A DNA stretch of 63,148 nucleotides, filler included, from Sphacelaria rigidula (lineage: Eukaryota), in assembly GCA_964200075.2 (NCBI GenBank). It is 8 parts of 8 records of this genome, joined end to end, with 100 filler letters (N's around TTAATTAATTAA, not from the genome) between each part and the next. Parts side by side here need not be neighbours in the genome. Positions count along the whole stretch, not along the records: positions 7,908 to 15,714 come from CAXNAA020013392.1; positions 15,815 to 23,621 come from CAXNAA020013393.1; positions 23,722 to 31,527 come from CAXNAA020013394.1; 5 more parts are not named here. One strand, written 5' to 3'. This document shows positions 13,264 to 23,997 of the stretch, piece by piece. Below the pieces are notes generated by a model that worked only from the letters and a program-made list of their open reading frames with translations, did no database searches and was not told the DNA's origin. The translations under genes were made by a program, and so were the position numbers. The first letter of the stretch is position 1. Each line of letters opens with the position of its first letter.

Positions 13264-13664
13264 CGAAAGTTTCCTACACTGGGTCTTTTGCGCGGGGTGT
13301 CGATCCCGAACAACAAAAGCCTCTTCAAGTTCGTGAGAAACTTAAAGCAGCAGGATGATTGTTGGGAGGGGATTTTCCCCCGTGTTTCCCTTTTCCGGGT
13401 TCTCGTTCATTTGGGAGCACGAGAACATGAGAGCAATGCAGTTGAAAACAGTTGAACATTGCCTCGGCCTCAGTCAGCAGCGAACACAAGACCGTGCAGT
13501 GAGCCGTTGACGAGTTGAACAAGGCACACACGTGGGCAAACGTCCCCACTGTGGGTCAGGTGTGTAGTACCGCAGCGAAGGGGGGTGCCAAAATCCCTGT
13601 GATCATTCAACCCGTAACAGGGAGTTCCCTCACAGGATGCACCTCTGAAGTACAGGCGCAGTGA

Positions 13665-13738
13665 TGTCCTTGTGACAGGGAGACAGGTTTGTCCTTGTGA
13701 CAGGGATGACAGGTTTGTCCTTGTGACGGGGATGAGAG
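13665..13738. repeat. ~25-bp tandem repeat x3 (TGTCCTTGTGACAGGGA..ACAGGTT)
   Basis: Directly visible. Confidence 0.85.
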
Positions 13739-14286
13739 GGAGAATCATACTCGTACGCACCTCATGTATCTTTCGACGGCTAACAGTAGTCAGCGTCACA
13801 AGTATGCAGAATTTGTAATTTTCTCGTTTTCCAAAGATTTTCCAAATTTGTTTCGCTTGCCACCGCTCATCACAGTGACTGTTGGATGCCAAAAAATGGG
13901 CATCTGGAGATATTTTTTTCCTCTTGAAATTATTTGAAGGAAAAATATCGGCGATCAGTGTTGAATGACGTACAGACTCGACCGATCCTTGGGGGTCCTG
14001 CGAAAGGGCAACCCCAGCTTCTAGCTTTTCGGTATTTTCGGTGGACCGACTCGATCCCGATCAGGTAGAGTAAACGTACCAATTTCGGTACAGTACCAAT
14101 TAAGGTACTCTTTTTTTTAAATCGTCCATAACTCCGCGAAATATTAATTGTTTTCCATTCTGATTTTTGCTGCGTGTGCACAAGAGCACGACGCTTCGTT
14201 TGAGCTACTGCACGTGCCTGTTGTAGAAAGAAACACCATCCCACAGCACTGTGAATAAGGGCGTGTGTGTCGATCGGCTGTTAACA

Positions 14287-14815
14287 ATGCAGAGAGAGTA
14301 GGTGGACCCAGAACGTGCAACAGAGGCCGTAGAAACGGTGCGCAGCGGTCGCATGACCTTCCATGCTACTGCAAAGACCTTTGAAATCTTCGTTGGTTTG
14401 CCTCAGAAGCGTGTCAGTGGCAGCGTGGGCATAGCTGGCAGGGTGCTGGCAGGGTTGGTCTGGGTACTGTACTGTCGAGGTAGAAAGAAAATCCCATCGA
14501 AGATATGCTGAAAATTTTCCGCGGCTCGTCAACCGGCCTGTATAGAGATGGCCTGAAACAGGCGGCTATGGCACTCTGGAGCGAAAACCGACCGGTGCCA
14601 TAGGACCCGACAGTAGGCTCAGGTCATAAATGGCTCGGCTTGTTCCTTCGAAGGCACCCGCGGCTAGGTGAGCGCAGCAACCTCATCTACAAGGCCGACA
14701 GGGTGGTACGGCCGACGAAGAAGATCGCATGCCGGAGTTTGATGCGGCCAGTGAGGACTACGTGCACAAGGAAAAGCGAGCAACCGACCGCAGATGGAAC
14801 ACGGATGAGGCAGGT
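14287..14815 (+). pseudogene. pogo/Tigger-like (Tc1/mariner superfamily) transposase fragment
   Basis: In order across frameshifts: pipsqueak-type HTH (EAVETVRSGRMTFHATAKTFEI...RVSG), CENP-B-type HTH end (GHKWLGLFLRRHPRL, from 14622) and first DDE motif (RRWNTDEAG, 14789-14815). Confidence 0.78.
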
Positions 14816-15130
14816 GCTTTACTGTCTGTCAAGAGCCGTTTCGTTTATGTGATACAACGCATGTGTCTGGAGCAAGAGCCAGGGGGTGTTGCTGTGGCGT
14901 GGTGTTTGTCTGCTCTCGATCATGCTGCGTTTGATTCCGTATTATTTTCGCCGCATTCTTCGCCGACGAAACACTTGGCGTTTGCTTGCTCATTGCTGTC
15001 TCGGCGTGTTCTGTTGATTGCACTTACTCTTCATAGAGGTCCTGCCTATACTGTCTGTAGATGTGTTGCAAGTACCGCGTTCAGAGATTGTGCCAGTACT
15101 GTGCGTACCACCCGATACTCGACGTACTAG

Positions 15131-15433
15131 TAACAGTGTTTTTGTGAGATTGGTAGTAGAGGATACGATCGAGACTAAAAAGCACTCAATTAGTGACTGA
15201 ATAGTTCCAGTTCCGAAATGCACCTCCGTGAGGCCCGATATGCTTCATTTAGTTGCTCGCCACTGAGGCCCTTGATATCCCTGAGTAGGACATCGACGTG
15301 TAGCTGTAAGCACACGCCAGTGATGAAGACAAAGGAAAGCAAACACGGAAGGAAAAATTGGCTTAGTTAAACTGATTGATCAAAGCCACTCTCAATCAGC
15401 ATTCTACTCTCAATCTCACGAAAACGTTGGTTA
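15131..15433 (-). mobile_element. MITE, same family as 4223-4525
   Basis: Reverse-complement similarity along its length, including both TIRs. Confidence 0.72.
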
Positions 15434-15714
15434 CTCTGTACTGTGCCCCCTGCCTCGTACACTCCCCACTCGTGGATATTTTTGCCGTAGGTATTACTCC
15501 GCAAGGGACCAGGGCGTGGAAGTTCATCGCCGAGAAAGATTAGGCGAAGTTATCGCTGCTTGGCTTGCTCTGTTTCGTGCTCGCTGCTGTCTGCGAGCCA
15601 CGTCTGGCGTTCTCGTAGTCATCATCGATTTTGGCGAGAATTGGTGGGCCGGGAGGGGTGTACTCATGATCATGCATGCCATAGTCATCAGACCATTGAC
15701 CTCGCATCCCTACA

Positions 15715-15814
15715 NNNNNNNNNNNNNNNNNNNNNNNNNNNNNNNNNNNNNNNNNNNNTTAATTAATTAANNNNNNNNNNNNNNNNNNNNNNNNNNNNNN
15801 NNNNNNNNNNNNNN
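15715..15814. other. Artificial contig linker
   Basis: Same 100-bp linker. Confidence 0.97.
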
Positions 15815-17165
15815 GTGACGGGGATTGACCCCCCACGACTAACTTTTGTGACGGTTTTACGATACAACCAACTAGACTGCTGACCAGTCAGCGCTGACTG
15901 GTCAGTAATCTAGTTGGTTGTCTCTTAAACCGCCACACAAACGCACGCTGTAGCTGCAACACGGACAGCTTGACAAAATGTGGCGTAGCGATATAGCACG
16001 TAGCGAGGAGTGATATCCCGTGTACACGTTGGCAGCAGGTACAAGGGGGTGCGTTCATGATGTGGCGAACTGCATAGAACAACGCGAAATCAATGCAAGA
16101 TAGGGATAGGCTAAGGATGTGACGTCCTGCGCTGTGCTTTGTTACCCTGCACCCTGCCGCTGTACAGTGAGTAGGTTGTACCGCCGAAGGCGTCACGATG
16201 TGGTTGGTACGCAGTGAACGCAGTGCCGAACACAGCAGCAAGCAGCATACTAAAAATATTTGGATGTGTGTTCTAAGACCGATGCGCACACACACAGCAA
16301 CTACTATCGCCATTACCCATCGATCAGGGGGTACCCGCCCTCCTCAAACAGGGTACCCGGGGGTGCCCCCCCCTCCCCTCCTACGGTCCCGGGATGAAGT
16401 TTGGGCGACCTGAGGGGGGGAGGGGGGGGGCGTGCCGTTATTTCCCGATATGGGGCCCCTCGACCCAGCGTGCAGCTGCTTGACGCTGGACGATATCTCC
16501 TGTCCACCCGAGAAACGGTAGTTTGCAACTTATAGTCTATGGCATACCGGGAAGCAAGTCCTGTACGTGTAGTTGATAACATGCATGGTAGTGGCTAGGA
16601 CTGGTGCGGGACGACCTGGCGGGAATTTGCCGGGAAACGGCTTGCGTCTCAGCGCCGGCTTGCTGCGGGCCCTTGCGAATGTAGAGCGACGACGATAACA
16701 CGAACACGATTGATGCTTCAATACAACTTTACGATTCCGTGCAACGACACATCCCCAGACCCCGGGTGCGTGCGGCAGACCTTCATTTTTGAGCCACTTC
16801 TACTGTAACAAAGGTCCAGCCGAGACCACTCTGGTCTCACCGCCGCAATCCAAGATCGCAACGTCACGAACACCGAAATAAATTGAAATTGGAAGCGCCC
16901 TGGGCACAGGGCAATATGTACTGTAAAGAAGTACAATGCAAACGTGGAAAACTATCGTTGTGTGTTGTAGATCGAAATGAATCGAGACAGTGCTGCACGC
17001 ATTGCTCCTTGGATGCCAACCAAAAGCACAGAAATGCAGAAGGGAGGGGCGTACTCATTTGTTGCTGGCCTTAGTCGTTCGACCATTGACCACGCATCCC
17101 TTTCGACACGGAGCAGAAGGGAGGGGGGGGGGGGACAAGTTGTAAGTAACACGGCATTTTACAAA

Positions 17166-17568
17166 TAATTGAGGATGGATTTTTTGGGGGGGATCAAAAC
17201 CTGGAGAAATAAACTCTTCGTATCCACACCAACTCTTCGAAGTATGCTTCCATTCCTTCACTTGCTAGTAGCCATTGATAACCACTACACGCCATAAAAG
17301 TTTGGATTTTGATAACCGAAATGCCGGGATCCTAGGTGAAAAAACGATTTTGGGGGATTCTGGGTGTCCGACCGGACGCCAAAGTTGTTTTTTCACCTAG
17401 GATCTCGGCATTACGGTTATCGAAGTCGAATTTTTTATGGCGTGTAGTGGTTATCAATGGCTACTGGCAAATGAAGAAATGGCAGCACACTTCGAAGATT
17501 TGGTGTGGATACGAAGATTTGAATTCTCCAGGTTTTGCTCCCCAATAAAAGATCCACCTTCAATTTAT
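17166..17568. mobile_element. Palindromic foldback MITE, ~185-bp arms
   Basis: Arms include GTAGCCATTGATAACCACTACACGCCATAAAA and its exact reverse complement; family member at 30503-30885. Confidence 0.82.
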
Positions 17569-18871
17569 AATATCCCGTTTCAAGTGTCTTTCTGTAAAGG
17601 TAGGACTGTCCGCAATCAATCGCTTCGTGCGGTATATATTTTTACACGCGGAGGAAGCGTTTCATTTGTTGAACTATTTGCAACAAGCAGTCAATTGGTC
17701 AATCAAAAGGAAACTCTCGTCTCCTCCATTAGTATCTTCATTTCTGTATTTTCTCTCGCAGCTTCTCTCCCAAGTGCAATCAAGCTCCTGCTTGTAAATG
17801 TACCTCATCCCATTCGCCACCTCCTCCCTTTTCCCCTGTCGCTGATTGCGTCCCCCTTCCTCCTCCGTGCCAGGATGGCCACGGGCTTGGAATGCAACAG
17901 CCATTATCAACACCACTTCAATTCAAACTTCCCCCCGAGCACACAGCTACAGGCCACCATGCACATCAATACTCCGCATCTCACTCTCTTCCTCTCAACA
18001 ACACCAAAATAGCAGCAGCAATATCGAACACCACATCATCAGTTGCATTCATCGCTGAATATACTAACAGATGTAATGTATACGTGAAAGATTATATGAT
18101 ATTCATCCAAAGCACTATAAATCAAGTCAAGTCTCATCACCGCTGTTCTTGCGTCTCCCTCTCTAATCTAACCACATAAAAAAATTGAAAACAGCAAGCA
18201 AATGCGCCATCTCCACCCAGACACAACCAGATGATGATAGCAATAGCAAAAATTGGGGCGAATAAAAAACGGGAGACTTATGTGTGCTGCGCAATAAAAC
18301 AGCCAATAGAACAGCCAATGACCCGAAATATGGGCAAAGACTTGGCAAATAACGTCATTGCTATCGTTGTGCACGACGACCCAAGATGCCAATAAGTTTC
18401 GGGGGGCATCAAAGGAGTGGGAGCAACTGGGGGGTGCTCCCGCCAGGCCGAAGGAAGAGCGGACTACCAGCTCGCTTGGCAAATATCATGCGGCCATTGA
18501 CTCTTAGACGAACTGATTTCGCACACTCTTCGACGAGTGTGTTGCACGCGTTATCGTAATGAGCTGCGTCGAGAGCTGCGTCATGAGTCAAGGTTGAAGG
18601 CTAAAAAATAATAAGTGCTGCTGCCACACATCGCCCAAGGCATAACAAGTTGTTTGTTATTTCTGCCGCCACCGTTTTTGTTGGAGGCGGTGTGTTCATT
18701 GCGCGCGTAAACAATGACAAAAACAACAACGACGACGCGACGAGCTCAATTAGCTTCCAAGATTTAGGTGTTTGCACACATGTTGGAATAAAGCGACCCA
18801 TTGCTGCTGCTACTACCGTTGTCCTTGCAGCAGTGCAAAACGTGTGGAGAGGGGGGGGGGGGGGGGGAGCG

Positions 18872-19030
18872 TCACGACTTCCCCTCTCCCCCGGCGCCCC
18901 TTCCCCCTTCGTTGATCTGACTGACGATCCATTCCATGCCCTCTTGGAGCCCTTCCCCCGTCTTGGCGGACGCTGCTTGAATAAACCATGTCCGGTCGCG
19001 AATGGTGTGCAGATTTAGCCCTTGCGAGAT
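18872..19030 (-). CDS. ARL3: ARL3 coding exon 4 (52 aa + TGA)
   Basis: Acceptor CAACAG|ATC; encodes [34 protein letters not shown]; stop at 18872-18874. Confidence 0.92.
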   Translation of the reverse strand: MSQGLNLHTIRDRTWFIQAASAKTGEGLQEGMEWIVSQINEGGRGAGGEGKS

Positions 19031-19820
19031 CTGTTGTATATGTTGGGAGATTACGAAATAGAAGCATTGCAAGAGCTAGAAGAGAGGCCGATTTTTTGTT
19101 CACGACAGAGGTTCCGTGTTCAGGGGTCGTGGTGATGAGTACGTCTAGGGCTGGGCTCGGAAGCGTGGTCCCGTATGGTGCTGCGGGGGGGAGGAGGAGA
19201 GGGGAGATCTTGATACGCTATGTAGAACAGACCTACCAGGCTGCACGAAGGAGCTCAACTGGATAAAGGAGGCAAGAAAATGTTTTGTTCACACCAAGGG
19301 GATAACGCCTGACGTTTATATGAACCCATGACCAAGGCGCACAGCTAAGGCATACCATTTTATCTGTTACAAACACACGTACATGCAGACGCACGGAACA
19401 CGAGAAAAAACAGCAGGCGAACGAATCTCTGTCTTACCGTGAAAAAATGGCAAAAATGTGCGCAGCCACTGACGTATGTGGGCAAGTTCGCAGGCAAAGG
19501 TAAAGTGGCTTGTTGCGGTTCGGTTTCTTGTCATATACAGTACCGTGTGGACACGTGGACAAAGTCGCTCAGAGTTAGAAGAGCGCGGAGTGGTGAACAC
19601 GGGATTTTTCAAATTGAGGATTGATTTGTTTTCAGGATGGACTTCAGTAATCTTCGTAATCGTCAATCTTCGTCGAAATGAAAACCCAAAAACACTCTTT
19701 GGCCGCGACGTGTGGTCTCGATCATCCTCAGCAGAATCCATTCGCAATTTGTAAAATGTAGTGTTTATACCGAACGATTTTGACCTCCGCTTTTTGCCGT
19801 ACAAAAGACTGCTACCACTG

Positions 19821-19854
<34 letters not shown>

Positions 19855-22756
19855 ACGTGCTGCTGCCGATGCTGTCGTTGCTACTGCCACAACTACAAAT
19901 CCAGTGGCACGTATAGGCTTAATCCACGCTACAAGGTGTTCTGTTTGTCTCGTATTGCTTGGTTGGGAAGAACTGAACCTTGCCTCGTCGGAGGAAAGAG
20001 CGCTGAGAAGGTCCTGCTTGTTCGCAAACACAAGAACCGGAATGCCACCCAGCTTTTCCTCTTCAAGCAATTGCCCCAGTTCCACGCCCGTCTGCAAATC
20101 AAACGGCGATGGAGCCACGGAATACGGATGGCAAGGGAAAAGAAATACAGAAACGATGCTGACCCGAGGAGTGTAGAGCGGCGGTGGAATTGTTACAGCA
20201 GTGTCTCTCCTCCTTGTAACGCCAGGTAGACATAAGAAAATGCATGCTACTTGACAGCGACTTCACTACTTCGTGCCCTTTGTTATCAGACACTGACCGA
20301 ATGATGCTGAACTCAATATTCTTGGAGTACGTCGCAACCCTCACCCTAGCCTAAGTTTCCGGCGAGTCATCCTCAACAGTAAATCGGGCACCATTGACCT
20401 TCACGATCTGATAAAATGTACGTATAGTAGCACTTGCGCAAGGCATCGAACAAAAAGGCTGAAATCTTCATCCGACGTCAACCAAATGGTGTAGCATGCA
20501 CGCTAAATAGCTGGCAATATCCGATCCTAGCCGACCTTACCTTGAAAACGTTCGCATTTTTCTTGCTACTGTTGCCTGTTTAGTACCAATCTGTATTACC
20601 TCGTCCATGCGCCGCCTGTCAGCGCTGTCGATGACGTAAATCAACGCGTCGGTCTGGTCGAAGTAGTTGCGCCAGTACGGCCGGATAGACTTCTGCCCTC
20701 CGATATCCCATACGTTCAGCTTGAAGTTCTCGTGCATAAGACTCTTCACGTTGAAGCCCTGTATGCAGATAGCAGCAGAAAGCTGTGTTATATATCTTCA
20801 CAATGAATGGGAGGGAAGTTGTACAGTTTTATATTTGACCTCTTGAACGAACTATGGAAGTGCTTTGAGTGTGTGGGTGAGGAAGGGGGATGGTGGGGGG
20901 AAACGAGGAGGAGTGGGAGGGGGGGGGTAAAGCTGTCACGTTGTGGATAATGACCAATGCCATCTAGGCTTAGGTAGACGGAAGTTGGAGATGGTAGCGT
21001 TTCGTGTACGCTCATAAATGAAGGCTGTTTCAGCCAGCAAGCTTGCAGTAGCCTGCCGACATGGTTGAAAACGCGAGTACCACGGCTCGTCTTGGTATAA
21101 TGTCTGTACCTGGCACATTTCTTTGCCCCACTGCGGTTGCCGTCGGTGCGTGTAATAGCAGAGACCAAAATACCATTTATGTGTAGGTGCTGCCTCTCAA
21201 CAAAAAAAGCAAAGGCTTCTGACCCTTTCTCGAGGCACGTTCAACCGAGTTTCAACTGCACGCGAGGTGTTCAAAGGGCCAAGGGGCGATGTCGGCCGCG
21301 GACGAGGAGTGGTACTTTTAACCCCTGTCGTATTTTGAAGGGAAATACAACGATGGCGCGACGCCATGAATGTTGTATTCGTCGCGCCACGTGTTGCACT
21401 GCATGTAGACGAATCACTGCAACTGTGAGATAGGCATGTACATGCAGTATTGCGGCTACCTGCAAGATGTCGTAAAGCAAGCGTACAAGTCACACATCAG
21501 ATCTGAAGGATAACACCGGCACAATGCAACACCCCTGTCGCGCCCCACAATCAGGTGAGCAGAGGGTCTGGAAGATAGATTCTTGGAGAAGGAAGATATG
21601 TTCTGTAATTTTTGGCCCTTTCGACGACGAAAGTTCACATAAAATCGTGAACAGTGAAAACAAACAAGGCCTGGACAACTGCAGCATAGGGTATGACTTC
21701 GAATATGACGCCTGTTTTATTATATTCGGTTTCGCTCTGTGAAAGGACAACGGGTTACCCCCCCCCCCCCCCCCCACGCGCGTACGTTGCACGCGAATTT
21801 CGTTTTTGCCTATCTGCAGTAGTACTTGGTGGTTTCTCTTAGCCCACTATTATTTCCCTCGCAATTCCGTGCCTCATGGCTCATCCTGTTCACTGTCGCC
21901 GCACCCATGTTCTGGCAGTCGTTTTTAACGGAACATTTTTTTTCTGATTTTTTCGACTTTTCTAGATTTATTTCTGATTGAAAAAAAATCCTGAAAAAAT
22001 CCCAAATGCTAGGTTTTCTGAATACTATGCAGTCACCCTTAAATTGATCTATTGCTTGACCTGGTTGAGAAATCTGTAGTCATATTTTTTGGGTAGGACA
22101 TTCTTTTTTCCCGAAAAACTCGGAAAAGGCTGAGAAAAACAGCCTCGTTAACAACGACTCCAAGCTGGGTTCTGAGCAGAGAGGAGAAGTTCCCATATTA
22201 CGGCTTGGACTATGACATACAGTATACTACGTACGTCCTTCACGAATTCGAATCTAAATCTCAATGCCACCTACGGAGGACCCCTAGGACATGTGGAGTC
22301 ACGGAGCAAGATGTGAAGCACTTCATTGTGGTGAGGTGTGTCGACCAAAGGACGGCAAACGTGTTATATTCGGAAAGAATATCGCGCGCTAATTAAACGG
22401 TTGTAGTTGCAGGCTGACAGATAAATCTGATCATGTCAGACGCTGACTGAATTATGCTTTTTCTATGCCAATCCGAAGAAATGACGACTACCACTACCGC
22501 CGACATCTGGTGGAGTCAGATCTGCTGACTAACCTGCAACCAGTTTGTATTCAAACTTAAAGTATTTGGCGCTCCGACAATCATTTTTTCATTTCTTGAC
22601 CCAAAAGCTAACCTGGGTGGGCATGATGTGCGTGATGTCCTCCTCTGAAAGTTTCTTAAGAATTGTGGTCTTTCCCGCGTTGTCTAGGCCCAAAACCAGA
22701 ATCCGTGCCTCTTGATCGCTCCTCTGAAGCTTGCGCAGCAATGTCAACAGCCCCAT
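18872..22756 (-). CDS. ARL3: ADP-ribosylation factor-like GTPase 3; complete 4-exon CDS join(22756-22613, 20758-20600, 20091-19984, 19030-18872), 189 aa
   Basis: The spliced translation runs [10 protein letters not shown]...GLDNAGKTT (G1)...MPTQ|GFNVK...WDIGGQ (G3)...RRMDE|TGVEL...FANKQD (G4)...[16 protein letters not shown]...SAKTGEG (G5)...GKS*. All introns are phase 0 with AG acceptors. PTQGFN and LNLHTIRDR point to ARL3 rather than ARL2. Confidence 0.95.
19811..19854. repeat. (CTA)n microsatellite in ARL3 intron 3
   Basis: Directly visible. Confidence 0.9.
19984..20091 (-). CDS. ARL3: ARL3 coding exon 3 (36 aa)
   Basis: Acceptor TTGCAG|ACG; contains NKQD; ends GAG|GCAAG (GC donor). Confidence 0.88.
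20600..20758 (-). CDS. ARL3: ARL3 coding exon 2 (53 aa)
   Basis: Acceptor ATACAG|GGC; encodes GFNVKS...WDIGGQ...YVIDSAD; donor GAG|GTAAT. Confidence 0.93.
21901..22172. mobile_element. MITE-like insertion in ARL3 intron 1
   Basis: Imperfect TIRs (GCACCCA...AGTCGTTTTTAACG / CGTTAACAACGACT...TGGGTTC) around an AT-rich interior. Confidence 0.5.
22613..22756 (-). CDS. ARL3: ARL3 coding exon 1 (48 aa)
   Basis: ATG at 22756; contains P-loop GLDNAGKT; ends CAG|GTTAG. Confidence 0.93.
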
Positions 22757-23621
22757 GTTCTTTTTGTAGCCCTGCAGTGGATATTGGTGCTCAGAGTTTG
22801 TTGCCTGGAAAAAGAATGCCTGCGGCAGCCGCACAACCGTTTTTTTTTACGGTGTCTCCGGTGTTCCGGCTGTCTAGCGAGCCTTCCACTCTCCTCTTCG
22901 CGATGCCTTGATACTGTGAAAATGATTCTGAGAAGTGCGTTGTGCTTTTTTTCGGCACGGACAACCAACAAAAATCACGCCACAAAAGCTTTCGTGAGAA
23001 CAAGAGGAATATCCACGTCTGCAGCGAGTGGTCTGTCGTGTAGAGATACGCGGAGGGGAACATAATTAAAGAGGCAAGTCAGTCAGTGCTGTTAATGATG
23101 TCGAAAACCGTGCATCATGTTAACGGGTGGGTTGATGCCTGCGGAGGACACACCAAATATTGGTCAGCAGTAAAATAGGGTAACGCTATAGACATCAAAG
23201 CATAGGGGATCCTATACCATGTTGTTGTTCCACGAAACAGCTCGCAAGGGAGCCCTATATTGATACAAACTCCGCGGTCTTCTAGCCACGTGGCGCTGCG
23301 GATGGTGCGGCAACGTGTGCGTGTTGCAAGGGTGCAAGTGCTCTTAGGGGAGGGTGAAGACAAATGAATTTGAGAGTTTACACCTCGGATAAGATAGTAA
23401 CTTCTGTCGTCAGGCGACCCGGTGGCTAGGCATTTAACTGATACAGTAGTACGTACTACTACTGTGCAGTGTAGTATGGATAATACAAAGTGTTTCAAGA
23501 CATGAGGTGGGTATGAAATGCACCTTCAACTCGTGGGGGGGGGGGGGGGGGCTTCCTCTTTTGTTGTTTGCCTTTGTTTTTTGGCATTTCACACCGCCTC
23601 CCTTTGGTGACGGGGGGGGGG

Positions 23622-23721
23622 NNNNNNNNNNNNNNNNNNNNNNNNNNNNNNNNNNNNNNNNNNNNTTAATTAATTAANNNNNNNNNNNNNNNNNNNNNNN
23701 NNNNNNNNNNNNNNNNNNNNN
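23622..23721. other. Artificial contig linker
   Basis: Same 100-bp linker. Confidence 0.97.
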
Positions 23722-23997
23722 TCAATGGTTTTTTTTTTATGGTATGTATGATTTTTAGTTCCCCCCCCCCCCGTCGAACTGGCCTCTCATGGCGCACTGT
23801 CAGCTCTCCAAGACGGGGAGAGGGTCAGTTGTCGCTGCATTAGTACGACTCCTCGTCTATTGACAAGAAGCTACCTCTTCGTCCCGTTCCCCCTTCTACT
23901 AGGATACAGGAAACGTACTACTGGGGTACAGGAAACGTAATTCGTGTATATTCCCGCCCTTTTTTCACTCCGTCCAATCCATCAATAAACCCGTCAG

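Noticed and set aside
22757..22834. N-terminal extension of ARL3 suggested by the ORF track
   Set aside because: ARF-family proteins start MG; the extension begins at a non-ATG codon and contains a CTGCAG acceptor-like site, so it is more likely 5' UTR or intron.
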